Assembly (NCBI GenBank): GCA_046052125.1
Contig: JBJOMY010000003.1
Span: 256,001 to 320,000, forward strand
Direction: 5' to 3'
From: Cyanobacteriota bacterium
GTDB lineage: Bacteria > Cyanobacteriota > Cyanobacteriia > PCC-6307 > Cyanobiaceae
DNA length: 64,000 nucleotides
Shown here one piece after another: positions 31,413 through 42,151 of this stretch. Below the pieces are notes generated by a model. It saw only the letters and a list, made by a program, of their open reading frames with translations, did no database searches and was not told the DNA's origin. Numbering within the stretch: position 1 is the stretch's first letter; each line of letters begins with the position of its first letter. Position numbers and translations under genes: made by a program.

Positions 31413-31930
31413 GCCCCGTTCCGGCCGGCTGCTGCGATGCAGCGCTCCAGCAGGGCGGGCACGGCATCGGCATCGAGCCAGCCGCTGATCTCCACCACCC
31501 GGCCTTCCAGGTTCTTGTAGGTGCGGAAAAATTCCGCCACCTCCTCCAGCTGGTTGGGCGCGATTTGACGGATGCTGCGGATGTTGCGCTGGCGGGGATC
31601 GGCGGCCGGCACGCAGAGCAATTTGCCGTCGTGGGCGCCGCAATCCACCATGTCGAGGATGCCGATCGGGCGCGCTGTGATCAGGCAGCCGGCGAAGGTG
31701 GGTTCATCCATGATCACCATTGCATCGAGGGGGGCTCCGTCCTCGGCGAGGGTGTTGGGAATGAAGCCGTAGTCGAACGGGTAGCGCACGGAGGAATGCA
31801 ACACCCGATCCAGCACCATCAGGCCGGCATCGGCGTTGAATTCGTATTTATTCCTGCTGCCTGCTGGGATTTCCACCATCAGGTTCACCAGCCCTGGCGC
31901 CGGTGAGGCCTGCAGACTGCGCAAATCCAT
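31409..31930 (-). CDS. ppa: Family I inorganic pyrophosphatase (copy 1)
   Basis: EIP..SRNKYE, LDRVL, YP.DYG, DGAPLD and FFRTYK.LE. Confidence 0.95.
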   Translation of the reverse strand: MDLRSLQASPAPGLVNLMVEIPAGSRNKYEFNADAGLMVLDRVLHSSVRYPFDYGFIPNTLAEDGAPLDAMVIMDEPTFAGCLITARPIGILDMVDCGAHDGKLLCVPAADPRQRNIRSIRQIAPNQLEEVAEFFRTYKNLEGRVVEISGWLDADAVPALLERCIAAAGRNGA

Positions 31931-32141
31931 GGGCAGTGGCGGGAGAGCTGGCAGTGGGTGATGGATGGCGGTCGCCGATCACGCTGCCCAGGGGCACCAC
32001 AAGAGTGCAGAGGGCAAGCACCATCCCGAAGAGCGGGGCTGCCGTGTGGAAGAGGCTTCCCGGACTGTAGGGCTCATCTCCGGTCTCGGATGGTTGCTCC
32101 GAGGGATGGCTTGTGGGTCGAGGAGGAGGTTCTGAATCCAT
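31848..32141 (-). CDS. Small single-TM hypothetical protein
   Basis: 97-aa ORF with one TM ([19 protein letters not shown]); overlaps the ppa start by 83 nt. Confidence 0.5.
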   Translation of the reverse strand: MDSEPPPRPTSHPSEQPSETGDEPYSPGSLFHTAAPLFGMVLALCTLVVPLGSVIGDRHPSPTASSPATAHGFAQSAGLTGARAGEPDGGNPSRQQE

Positions 32142-32256
32142 GGAGACGGTTGAGGGGGTGAGCAGCGAACCATCGCTGGCATCCCGTTCAACAGATCAGC
32201 AAAAGGTGACGTTCAGCATGGCACTCCCCTGCCGGGTGGCAAGTGGGGAAAGCCGT

Positions 32257-32784
32257 CTAGGCGGCAGGTCGGGCTTGCTCGTGCTGGTCGCGGCGGCTCT
32301 CGATCGAGGTGGGGCGAACCTCGGCCTCGCTCAGCAGGCTGCGGATGGCGCGGAGTTCATCCAGGATCGAACCCAGCAACTGCTGTGTGGCTGTGGAGGG
32401 TGAATTGAGCACCTCCACGGTCACCTCTTTGATGCGCAGCACATCGCGGGCAAAGCGCGCCACCTCGTTCGGGTGGAACATCAGCGGCTCTTTCTGATCG
32501 CTGCGGTATTCCGGGTTGAGCTTGCGGGGGTTGAAGGGAGGGTTGAGGTTGCGGGGGTCGGTGTTGGTGTAGCGATACACCGAGGCCCTGGAGCGATTCA
32601 GGCTCCGCTGCACCTCATCGATTCCAATCAGGTTCTCGTTGGTTTCTGCTGAATTGGCAGCGCCTTCAGCGCCCACCACCAGGCCGTTCGCCAGGGCGCC
32701 CACAACGCTGTTCAGCTGTGCATTCATGGATGGATTCAGCTGTGACCCACTGCCCATTGCCGTTGAGACCGAATGGGCATGCAT
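32257..32784 (-). CDS. Stand-alone HTH DNA-binding protein (resolvase-type HTH, no catalytic domain)
   Basis: IDEVQRSLNRSRASVYRY HTH-like segment; the start may be ATG 32784, 32757 or 32727. Confidence 0.8.
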   Translation of the reverse strand: MHAHSVSTAMGSGSQLNPSMNAQLNSVVGALANGLVVGAEGAANSAETNENLIGIDEVQRSLNRSRASVYRYTNTDPRNLNPPFNPRKLNPEYRSDQKEPLMFHPNEVARFARDVLRIKEVTVEVLNSPSTATQQLLGSILDELRAIRSLLSEAEVRPTSIESRRDQHEQARPAA

Positions 32785-32947
32785 GAGACAGAACTGGGAC
32801 TGATTGGACTTGCCCCGGAAACTAGCAGACTTTTCGCTGCTGAACTGGAATTCTTTCTGCTTTCGCGCGGTGCGTGTGGCGCTTCAAAAGCCGGTTGTGG
32901 GAGAAGCCTGGTGGTAGCTTCCGGCCTCCCTGTCTGCTGAGCATCCC

Positions 32948-34777
32948 ATGCGCGTCTCCCGCCTCATGCTGGTGACGTTGCGGGATGACCCCGCCGAGGC
33001 TGAGATCCCCTCCCACAAGCTGCTGCTGCGCGCCGGGTACATCCGCCGAGTGGGTAGTGGCATCTATGCCTACCTGCCGCTGCTCTGGCGGGTGCTGCAA
33101 AAGATCTCGGCGATTGTGCGCGAAGAGCTCAATGCCACAGGAGCCCTCGAGACCCTCCTCCCCCAACTGCAGCCAGCTGAGCTGTGGCAGCGCAGTGGTC
33201 GCTGGGCCGGCTACACCGCCGGCGAGGGGATCATGTTCCACCTGGACGATCGCCAGGGCCGGGAATTGGGCCTGGGCCCCACCCATGAAGAGGTGATCAC
33301 CGCGCTGGCTGGCGATCTGCTGCGCTCTTACCGGCAGCTGCCGCTGAATCTGTATCAGATCCAGACCAAATTCCGAGATGAGATTCGTCCCCGCTTCGGC
33401 CTGATGCGGGGGCGTGAATTCATCATGAAAGACGCTTATTCCTTCCATGCCGATGAGGCCTGCTTGAAGCAGACCTACGCGGCCATGGATCAGGCCTACC
33501 GCCGCATCTTCAGCCGCTGCGGCCTGCGAGCGGTGGCCGTTGAAGCCGATAGCGGTGCCATAGGCGGCTCCGCCAGCCAGGAGTTCATGGTTACGGCGGA
33601 CGCAGGCGAAGACCTGATCTTGGCCAGTGCCGATGGCACCTACGCGGCCAACCAGGAACGGGCGGTTTCCATGCCCAGCGAGCCGGTGGCTCTACCCGGA
33701 GGTGTGGGTGCCGGTGGCCAGGGCACGCCCCTGGAGACTCCTGCTCAAAGCAGCATTGAGGCGCTGTGCCTCGCCCACGGCTTCGATCCCAGCCAGACCG
33801 TGAAGGTGCTGCTGCTGTTGGCACGATTTGAGGATGGCTGCCTGCAGCCCGTGCTGTTGAGCCTGCGCGGGGATCAGCAGCTCAATGAGGTGAAGCTCGC
33901 CAATGCGCTCACCGCCCGCTGCGGTTCCGAGCACGGCACGCTGCTGGATGTGGCTCCTCTCAGCGCCGAAGCCGCAACCCGCGAGGGTCTGGCCGAGCTG
34001 CCCTTCGGCTTTATGGGGCCGCATCTCGACGATGCCCTGCTGAAGGGCGCCCGCAGTTGGCAGCCCCGCTTCCTCCGCTTGGCGGATGCCACGGCCACTG
34101 CCCTTGAGGCCTTCGTGTGTGGGGCCAATCAGCTGGATACGCACCTGGTGGGGGCCGCCTGGGGCAAGCTGTGCCCTGCACCTGAGAGCCTGGATCTGCG
34201 GGCTGCTCAGCCGGGTGATCGCTGTCTGCACGACCCCAGCCAGTGTCTGGAAGCCAGCCGCGGCATCGAGGTGGGCCACATCTTCCAGCTGGGCCGGAAA
34301 TACTCCACGGCTCTGGAGGCCACCTTCACCAACGAGGCGGGTCAGGAGGAGCCGCTCTGGATGGGCTGCTACGGCATCGGCGTGTCGCGGTTGGCCCAGG
34401 CCGCGGTGGAGCAGCACCACGACAGCAACGGCATCTGCTGGCCCACCGCCATCGCTCCCTATGAGTTGATGCTGGTGGTGGCCAACGTGGCCGATGAGAG
34501 CCAGCGCCTGCTCGGTGAGCAGCTGTACGCGGAGTTTCAGGCCGCCGGCGTGGATGTGCTGCTGGATGACCGCAGCGAGCGCGCTGGGGTGAAGTTCAAG
34601 GATGCCGACCTGCTCGGCATCCCATGGCGCGTTGTGGTGGGCCGCGGTGCCGCCGATGGGATGGTGGAACTGGTGCGGCGTGCCGGCGGTGAGCGCAGCG
34701 ACCTGGCCGCTACGGCCGTGGTGGCCCAGCTGCAGCAGCAGCTGGAGCGTGAACGGGCCGGGCTAGCCACGGCCTGA
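32948..34777 (+). CDS. proS: Proline-tRNA ligase
   Basis: SHKLLLRAG, LGPTHEE, KFRDEIRPRFG, GIEVGHIFQLG and MGCYGIG. Confidence 0.98.
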   Translation: MRVSRLMLVTLRDDPAEAEIPSHKLLLRAGYIRRVGSGIYAYLPLLWRVLQKISAIVREELNATGALETLLPQLQPAELWQRSGRWAGYTAGEGIMFHLDDRQGRELGLGPTHEEVITALAGDLLRSYRQLPLNLYQIQTKFRDEIRPRFGLMRGREFIMKDAYSFHADEACLKQTYAAMDQAYRRIFSRCGLRAVAVEADSGAIGGSASQEFMVTADAGEDLILASADGTYAANQERAVSMPSEPVALPGGVGAGGQGTPLETPAQSSIEALCLAHGFDPSQTVKVLLLLARFEDGCLQPVLLSLRGDQQLNEVKLANALTARCGSEHGTLLDVAPLSAEAATREGLAELPFGFMGPHLDDALLKGARSWQPRFLRLADATATALEAFVCGANQLDTHLVGAAWGKLCPAPESLDLRAAQPGDRCLHDPSQCLEASRGIEVGHIFQLGRKYSTALEATFTNEAGQEEPLWMGCYGIGVSRLAQAAVEQHHDSNGICWPTAIAPYELMLVVANVADESQRLLGEQLYAEFQAAGVDVLLDDRSERAGVKFKDADLLGIPWRVVVGRGAADGMVELVRRAGGERSDLAATAVVAQLQQQLERERAGLATA

Positions 34778-34812
34778 CGCCATAGGATCCGGCCAAACCT
34801 TGCATCAACACC

Positions 34813-35223
34813 ATGGCGGCTGGTTGGCGTCAACTCAAAGCAGCCGTGGTTGCGGTGTGCCTGTGCCTCTCGCTGCTGCTCACCGCCTGCTCGGGCAGCA
34901 GCGGCCCCCTCACGGGTAACTATGTGGAAGACACGGTGGCCGTGGCCGACACCCTGCTGGCCACCATCAGCCTGCCGGCCGATGATCCGGGCCGCTCGGA
35001 CGCGGAAACCCAGGCCCGCGCCTTGATCAACAACTACATGTCCCGTTATCGGCCCCAGCCGAAGGTGAACGGCCTGGCCTCCTTCACCACCATGCAGACC
35101 GCGCTCAACTCCCTGGCCGGTCACTACGCCAACTACCCCAACCGTCCTGTGCCTGATGCCCTGAAGGATCGTCTCTCCAAAGAGCTCAAGAAGGCCGAAA
35201 CAGGCGTCGTGCGCGGCGCTTGA
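34813..35223 (+). CDS. psb27: Photosystem II assembly lipoprotein Psb27
   Basis: Lipobox LTAC, LTGNY.EDT and SFTTMQTALNSLAGHY. Confidence 0.97.
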   Translation: MAAGWRQLKAAVVAVCLCLSLLLTACSGSSGPLTGNYVEDTVAVADTLLATISLPADDPGRSDAETQARALINNYMSRYRPQPKVNGLASFTTMQTALNSLAGHYANYPNRPVPDALKDRLSKELKKAETGVVRGA

Positions 35224-35249
35224 TTCACGTCCCCGATCAAGGGTTCACG

Positions 35250-35271
35250 GCGGCCTACGGGCCGCTTTTTT
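35250..35271 (+). terminator. Intrinsic terminator after psb27
   Basis: GCGGCC-TACG-GGCCGC stem with a cUACGg tetraloop, followed by TTTTTT. Confidence 0.88.
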
Positions 35272-35348
35272 GTGTCGTTCAGCAGCATCGGGCACCGACA
35301 CTTTGACGGAGGGCCGCTCGATCTGAGATCCTCTTTGTTTGTGCTTAG

Positions 35349-36686
<1,338 letters not shown>

Positions 36687-36693
36687 CCCTTTG

Positions 36694-37701
36694 ATGGCCC
36701 CCAACAAAACCCTCGACGTTGTCGGTATCGGCAACGCGATCGTTGACGTGCTCGTGCATGCCGACGACGACCAGCTCGACAACCTCGAGCTCACCAAGGG
36801 CACCATGGCCCTGGTGGATGAAGCGGAGGCTGAGCAGCTCTACGCCAGCGTTGGCCCGGGTCTGGAAACCTCCGGTGGTTCCGCCGCCAACACCCTGGCG
36901 GGCATTGCCCAGCTGGGCGGCCGCGCCGGCTTCATCGGCCGGGTGCGCAACGACCAGCTGGGCAGCATCTTTGCCCACGACATCCGCTCCGTCGGCGCCC
37001 GCTTCGACACACCGGCCGCCACCGAGGGACCGTCCACGGCCCGCTGCTTCATTCTCGTCACCCCTGATGCCCAGCGCACGATGTGCACCTATCTGGGTGC
37101 CTCAGTGGGGCTGGACCCCGGCGATCTCGATCTGGAGATGGTGGCCCAGGCGAAGGTGCTATACCTCGAGGGCTACCTCTGGGATAGCGATGAAGCCAAG
37201 CGCGCCTTCATCGCCGCCGCTGAAGTGGCCCGCGCCAACGGCGCTGAGGTGGCGCTCAGCCTCTCCGATGCGTTCTGCGTGGAGCGCCACCGCGACAGCT
37301 TCCAGGAACTGGTGGATGGCCATGTGGACATCCTGTTCGCCAATGAGATGGAGATCACCTCCCTCTACAAGGCCAACAGCTTTGAGGAGGCTGCCGAACA
37401 GGTGCGCGGCCGCTGCCGGATGGCGGCGCTGACCCGCAGTGAGCAGGGTTCTGTGATCCTCAACGGCAGCGGCACCCACACGATCGAGCCGTTCAAGCTC
37501 GGGCCGCTGGTGGATACCACCGGCGCTGGCGATCTCTACGCCGCTGGCTTCCTGCATGCCCACACCCGTGGTGCCTCGGTTGAGGAGTGCGGTCGTTTGG
37601 GTTCGCTCTGCGCCGGCCAGGTGGTCACGCAGCTTGGACCGCGCCCCCAGGTGGATCTGCGTCAGCTGATGGCGCAGCACTCGCTCAGCCAGGCGGCGTA
37701 G
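36694..37701 (+). CDS. PfkB family carbohydrate/adenosine kinase
   Basis: GIGNAIVD, SGGSAANT, LFANE.E and DTTGAGD. Confidence 0.93.
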   Translation: MAPNKTLDVVGIGNAIVDVLVHADDDQLDNLELTKGTMALVDEAEAEQLYASVGPGLETSGGSAANTLAGIAQLGGRAGFIGRVRNDQLGSIFAHDIRSVGARFDTPAATEGPSTARCFILVTPDAQRTMCTYLGASVGLDPGDLDLEMVAQAKVLYLEGYLWDSDEAKRAFIAAAEVARANGAEVALSLSDAFCVERHRDSFQELVDGHVDILFANEMEITSLYKANSFEEAAEQVRGRCRMAALTRSEQGSVILNGSGTHTIEPFKLGPLVDTTGAGDLYAAGFLHAHTRGASVEECGRLGSLCAGQVVTQLGPRPQVDLRQLMAQHSLSQAA

Positions 37702-37982
37702 TTGCTGCTGGCCTCTGCAGGCCAGAGCAGCCATTGTGGGGTGCTGTAGCTGTGCAGCTCCCGCACCGCTGCCTCGAGGGCGCTGGCACAGCTGGCGTGG
37801 CTTTTGATCATCAACTGCACTTCGCTGCTGCGCTCCAGGCGCCCCTCCCAGCGATAGAGCGAGTCCACCGTTTTGAAGGCGATGCAGGCGGCTAAGCGCC
37901 GCTCCAGCAGCGTCCTTGCCAGAGCCTCAGCCTGCTCGGCACTGGCTTCGGTGGTGAGGGCAATGATGGCGTTGGCGGCCAT
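37662..37982 (-). CDS. cutA: Divalent-cation tolerance protein CutA
   Basis: LLERRLAAC, SLYRWEG and LHSYSTP. Confidence 0.9.
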   Translation of the reverse strand: MAANAIIALTTEASAEQAEALARTLLERRLAACIAFKTVDSLYRWEGRLERSSEVQLMIKSHASCASALEAAVRELHSYSTPQWLLWPAEASSNYAAWLSECCAIS

Positions 37983-37989
37983 GGGGAGC

Positions 37990-38784
37990 TCAGGGCTGGC
38001 CCAGCTTCTCCAGCAGCTCTGCCATGGGCAAGCCCGGGCTGGCACTCGGTCTGCGCAGCAGCAGCAGCGGTAGTTCCAGTTGCTGGCACACCCGTCGCCA
38101 CAGCGCTTCACTGCGGCCGCCGCCCTGGCGGCAGAGCACCTGCGTGATGCCCCAGCGCCGGCAGAGGGCCTGCTCGATCGCCCCAGTTCCAAGGGGATCC
38201 GGCCGCAGACAGGCGATGCGCTCCTGGGGCAGCCCAGCCGCTAAGGCCGCCTGGAGGCTGGTGGGCTGATCCAGAACCCTGGCGTAGTGCCTGCACTCCG
38301 GTGTGGCAGCGATGGCCGCTCTCAGCTCCCGGGCGCCGATGGCCAGCAGCAAGTGCTCGCCAGCCATCGACCGCTGCCTGAGAGCGCCAACCCCATCGAG
38401 CAGTTCCAGCTCCTCACCAGCAGCGGCCTCGGCCGGCAGGTGCCGCTCGATCTGTGCCAGGGGCTGATCGAGCGCGCTGCAGAGGCGTTGGAGGCGCTCG
38501 CTGATCACCACGGCAAAGGGGTGGGTGGCATCCACCACCCAGCGGGGTGCCAGCTGGCGCAGCTCCTGCTCCAGGGTTTGATCGCTGCTGCACGCTCCCA
38601 CGCGTAGCTCGAGGCCGCACCGGTGCCCGTACACCCGAGCGGCGCCCGGTGTCACCACGCTCACCCGAACGTTCCAGCCCCGTTGCAGCAGGGCCTCGGC
38701 CAGCTCAGGGCCTTCAGCGGTTCCGGCAAACAGCCAGATCCAGGCCTGGGCCGGCTGCCCCTGGTGCAAAACCGGGCCGTGCAT
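37990..38784 (-). CDS. cobK: Precorrin-6A/cobalt-precorrin-6A reductase
   Basis: WLFAGTAEG, VVDATHPFA, ARVL and LCRQGGG. Confidence 0.9.
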   Translation of the reverse strand: MHGPVLHQGQPAQAWIWLFAGTAEGPELAEALLQRGWNVRVSVVTPGAARVYGHRCGLELRVGACSSDQTLEQELRQLAPRWVVDATHPFAVVISERLQRLCSALDQPLAQIERHLPAEAAAGEELELLDGVGALRQRSMAGEHLLLAIGARELRAAIAATPECRHYARVLDQPTSLQAALAAGLPQERIACLRPDPLGTGAIEQALCRRWGITQVLCRQGGGRSEALWRRVCQQLELPLLLLRRPSASPGLPMAELLEKLGQP

Positions 38785-38816
38785 CAGGATGTGGCCCCCT
38801 GCCTGTGAACGCTGCC

Positions 38817-39311
38817 GTGAACCATTGCTTGCTGGAGGTGGAGGTGCTGGAGGCGCCCCAGGTGCGCTACACCCAGGACAACCAAACTCCGGTGGCGGAG
38901 ATGGCGGTGCAGTTCGATGGCCTTCGGCCGGACGATCCGCCGGGGCAGCTGAAGGTGGTGGGCTGGGGCAGCCTCGCGCAGGATCTGCAGAACCGGGTTC
39001 AGGTGGGCCAGCGCTTGATGGTGGAAGGCCGCTTGCGCATGAACACCGTGACCCGCCAGGACGGCGTGAAAGAGAAGCGGGCTGAGTTCACGCTCTCGCG
39101 CTTGCATGCAATCGGGGCCGCCGGCATGGGTGCTGCTCCATCCGCGGCGCCCATGCCGGCGCGTCAGCCAGCTCCTGCTCCGGCTCGCTCCACTGCGCCT
39201 GCGCCGCGCGCGGCAGCACCGGTGGCAGCGGCTGCTCCCGAACCGCCCGCCTGGAACGCCTCTCCCCTCGTGCCGGATCTGCCGGAAGGCGAAGACGAGA
39301 TTCCGTTCTGA
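38817..39311 (+). CDS. ssb: Single-stranded DNA-binding protein (divergent OB fold)
   Basis: P.VRYT, V.GWG.LA, VEGRL, a Pro/Ala linker and the acidic DEIPF tail. Confidence 0.88.
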   Translation: MNHCLLEVEVLEAPQVRYTQDNQTPVAEMAVQFDGLRPDDPPGQLKVVGWGSLAQDLQNRVQVGQRLMVEGRLRMNTVTRQDGVKEKRAEFTLSRLHAIGAAGMGAAPSAAPMPARQPAPAPARSTAPAPRAAAPVAAAAPEPPAWNASPLVPDLPEGEDEIPF

Positions 39312-39324
39312 ATTGCTGGCCGCT

Positions 39325-39555
39325 TCAGCGGCCTGCGCCTGGATCCAGCTTCAGGGTGTCTTGGGCCTGTTCCAGCACCTGACCGAGCTCCCGCTCCAGA
39401 GCGGCGAGATCCAGGCGCAGCTCGGGCCAGCGACCGGCATCGATCTGTTGCAGCAGCCAGAGCCGGTCGGCGCGCAGCTGCTCCACCAGCTCTGCGGTGG
39501 TGGGGTTGGAGCTGGGATCAGCACTCGGTTCGCCGCTGACCGAAGATGGGCCCAT
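39325..39555 (-). CDS. Small hypothetical coiled-coil protein
   Basis: LRADRLWLLQQIDAGRWPELRLDLAALEREL helical core; start uncertain. Confidence 0.65.
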   Translation of the reverse strand: MGPSSVSGEPSADPSSNPTTAELVEQLRADRLWLLQQIDAGRWPELRLDLAALERELGQVLEQAQDTLKLDPGAGR

Positions 39556-40099
39556 GCTTTCCATCGCTTCCCCCGGCAGCCTAGTCACCATCGCCGGGGC
39601 CTCCCTCTCGGTGATCGGCTGGATCGGCTACGCCACCGGCAACCCCAACCTCAGCCTGCCCACGATCTTTTACGGGATCCCCATCCTGTTGGGCGGTCTG
39701 GCGCTCAAGTCGTCGGAGTTGCCTCCGGCTGAGTTGCTGCCCGCCCAGCCCGGGGCTGAAGCGTTGCGCCAGCAGCCCGCCAGCCAGACCCTGCGCAAGC
39801 TCCTCAAGGATGTGACCCGCTGGCGCTACGGGCAGAAGGCCCACCTCGAAAGCTCCCTCGAGGCCCTGAAGCTCTGGGACGAAGACGCGCCGCCCCAGCT
39901 GGAGAGCGTGACGGAGCTGGCGGAGAACGGGGGGTATGGCCTGGCCATGCGCTTCCGCACCGAGGGGGTGCCCTTTGAGCGCTGGCAGGAGAAACAGGAC
40001 CGCCTCGGCCGCTTCTTTGACAAGGGGCTCGAGGCCCGTCTCAGTCAGCCCGCCAATGGCGAACTGCTGTTGGAGTTGGTGCCTGTTCAGCCGGGCTGA
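39554..40099 (+). CDS. DUF2854-like membrane protein
   Basis: Two N-terminal TMs, [29 protein letters not shown] and RFF. Confidence 0.85.
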   Translation: MLSIASPGSLVTIAGASLSVIGWIGYATGNPNLSLPTIFYGIPILLGGLALKSSELPPAELLPAQPGAEALRQQPASQTLRKLLKDVTRWRYGQKAHLESSLEALKLWDEDAPPQLESVTELAENGGYGLAMRFRTEGVPFERWQEKQDRLGRFFDKGLEARLSQPANGELLLELVPVQPG

Positions 40100-40137
40100 G
40101 GCGCCCAGCTTTCCCGTTTCTGCCCCCGTTGACGTTC

Positions 40138-41022
40138 ATGCCAGCCGATCAAGACCGCAGCGATGCCCTGAGGGTGTCTGTTCTCAGCGAAGCGCTTCCC
40201 TACATCCAGCGCTTCGCCGGCCGCCGGGTGGTGGTGAAGTATGGCGGTGCCGCCATGGTGCGCGCCGATCTGCGGGATGCGGTGTATCGCGATCTGGTGC
40301 TGCTGGCTTCGGTGGGGGTCAAGCCCGTGGTGGTGCACGGCGGCGGCCCTGAGATCAACGACTGGCTGGGCCGGCTCAACATCGAACCGCAGTTCCGCAA
40401 TGGGCTGCGGGTCACCACCCCCGAAACCATGGACGTGGTGGAAATGGTGCTGGTGGGCCGGGTGAACAAACAGATCGTGAACGGCCTCAATCGCCTTGGT
40501 GCCAAGGCGGTGGGCCTCAGCGGCAGTGACGGCTCCCTGGTGCGTGCCCGCACCTACGGCGATGGCAGCAATGGCTTGGTGGGTGATGTGGCGGCTGTGG
40601 ATCCTTCGGTGCTGTTCCCGCTGCTGGATGCCGGCTACATCCCGGTGATTTCCTCAGTGGCGGCCGATCATGAGGGTCAGGCCCACAACATCAATGCCGA
40701 CACGGTGGCCGGTGAACTCGCCGCCGCGCTGCAGGCCGAGAAGCTGATCCTGCTCACCGATACCCCCGGCATTCTTCAGAACCGGGAAGATCCCGACTCC
40801 CTGATCCGCTCGGTCACGCTCTCGGAAGCCCGCGGCCTGATCTCCAGTGGCGTGGTGGCCGGCGGCATGACGCCCAAGACCGAATGCTGCATCCGCGCCC
40901 TCGCCCAGGGCGTTTCCGCCGCCCACATCGTGGATGGGCGCACACCGCATGCCCTGCTACTGGAGGTGTTCACCGATGCCGGCATCGGCACCATGGTGGT
41001 GGGGAGTTCGCAGCCTCGCTGA
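40138..41022 (+). CDS. argB: Acetylglutamate kinase
   Basis: [29 protein letters not shown] and GGMTPK. Confidence 0.98.
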   Translation: MPADQDRSDALRVSVLSEALPYIQRFAGRRVVVKYGGAAMVRADLRDAVYRDLVLLASVGVKPVVVHGGGPEINDWLGRLNIEPQFRNGLRVTTPETMDVVEMVLVGRVNKQIVNGLNRLGAKAVGLSGSDGSLVRARTYGDGSNGLVGDVAAVDPSVLFPLLDAGYIPVISSVAADHEGQAHNINADTVAGELAAALQAEKLILLTDTPGILQNREDPDSLIRSVTLSEARGLISSGVVAGGMTPKTECCIRALAQGVSAAHIVDGRTPHALLLEVFTDAGIGTMVVGSSQPR

Positions 41023-41025
41023 TTT

Positions 41026-42150
41026 GTGGAGCAGCCTGAGTCCCCATCCCTGGAGGCGCTGAGCGACCCTGCGCGCCAGGCCCTGGAGCGGGGTGATTAC
41101 GGCCGCTGCTGTCAGCTGCTGGAGCCCTTGCTGGCCCAGCATGCGGCCAGCACGCGCTTCGGCGGAGAGTTACGCCTGCTGCTGGCCACGGCTCAGATGG
41201 GCCAGGGCGACACAGTGGCCGCCGCCGCCACCTGCCGCAGTTTGCGGGCCTGCCGAGATGCAGGCCTCAGGGCCCAGGCCAAGGACCTGCAGGAGGTGCT
41301 CGAGGCTCCCACCCTTGAGCGTCCGCGCGAATGGTCGATGACCCTCCCGTCCCTGGGCGAGATGCAGCCTTTGGAGGGCCGGGTCACGGCGATGGCCCGC
41401 CGCCGCCGTCGGTTGCCGCCACCACCTCCGGCGCCCCCCACCGGTCCCACCAGAGCTCCTTGGGGATTTGCGCTGGTGGCTGTGGTGTTGCTGCTGATCA
41501 CCGCGTTGCTGGGCGGCTGCGTGGATCTGGAAACCTCGCTGAACTTCACGGCCCCCGGTCGCCTGCAGCTCAGCCAAACCAGCCAATCGAGCACCGGCAA
41601 TCCGTTGCCCTGGCAACGGCAGCTGGCCGCGGAGCTGGGCGATTCGCCTTGGAAACGCCGCCAGGACCATGGCTTGCTGCGCCTGCGCACAGCGTCTCTG
41701 CCCGCCTCCCAGGCGCTTGAGCTGCTCAGCGCCACCTTTGAGCAGGGCGCCGCCTTGGCGGCTGCGGATCTCCCGGCACCGGCCTTCAGCCTTGAGGAGC
41801 GCAACTGGCTGCTGGGTGTCCGTCAAACCTTCCGCTGCAGCATTGATCTGCGGGGGCTGCAGCCACTGCCGGCTCGGCAGCTGAAGCTGGTGTTTGAACC
41901 GCTGCCCTTGCGTGCGGTGCGTTTGGCGGAACCACTGCCGGCGCAGCTGCTTCCCGCCCAGAAGGGAAAGGCGTCGAGCTTGATCTGGCGCCTGCAACCT
42001 GGAGCGATCAATCAATTCGAGTTCCGCTGCTGGCGCTGGAGCCGGCTTGGCCTCGGATCGCTTGCCATCGCTTTGCTCTTGGCCTTGGTGGCGCTGTTGC
42101 AGCGGCTCAAGTTGGCAGCGGGCTTCGGCTTACCCCAGTTGCCTGCATAG
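41026..42150 (+). CDS. Membrane protein with N-terminal TPR-like helices (DUF3153-like)
   Basis: ALERGDY helical repeat, LEAP.L.RP..W, LLGGCV and a C-terminal TM. Confidence 0.7.
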   Translation: MEQPESPSLEALSDPARQALERGDYGRCCQLLEPLLAQHAASTRFGGELRLLLATAQMGQGDTVAAAATCRSLRACRDAGLRAQAKDLQEVLEAPTLERPREWSMTLPSLGEMQPLEGRVTAMARRRRRLPPPPPAPPTGPTRAPWGFALVAVVLLLITALLGGCVDLETSLNFTAPGRLQLSQTSQSSTGNPLPWQRQLAAELGDSPWKRRQDHGLLRLRTASLPASQALELLSATFEQGAALAAADLPAPAFSLEERNWLLGVRQTFRCSIDLRGLQPLPARQLKLVFEPLPLRAVRLAEPLPAQLLPAQKGKASSLIWRLQPGAINQFEFRCWRWSRLGLGSLAIALLLALVALLQRLKLAAGFGLPQLPA

Positions 42151-42151
42151 T

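Noticed and set aside
32257..32784. Resolvase or transposon interpretation of the HTH gene
   Set aside because: There is no serine-recombinase catalytic domain, transposase or terminal repeat; it sits among core genes.
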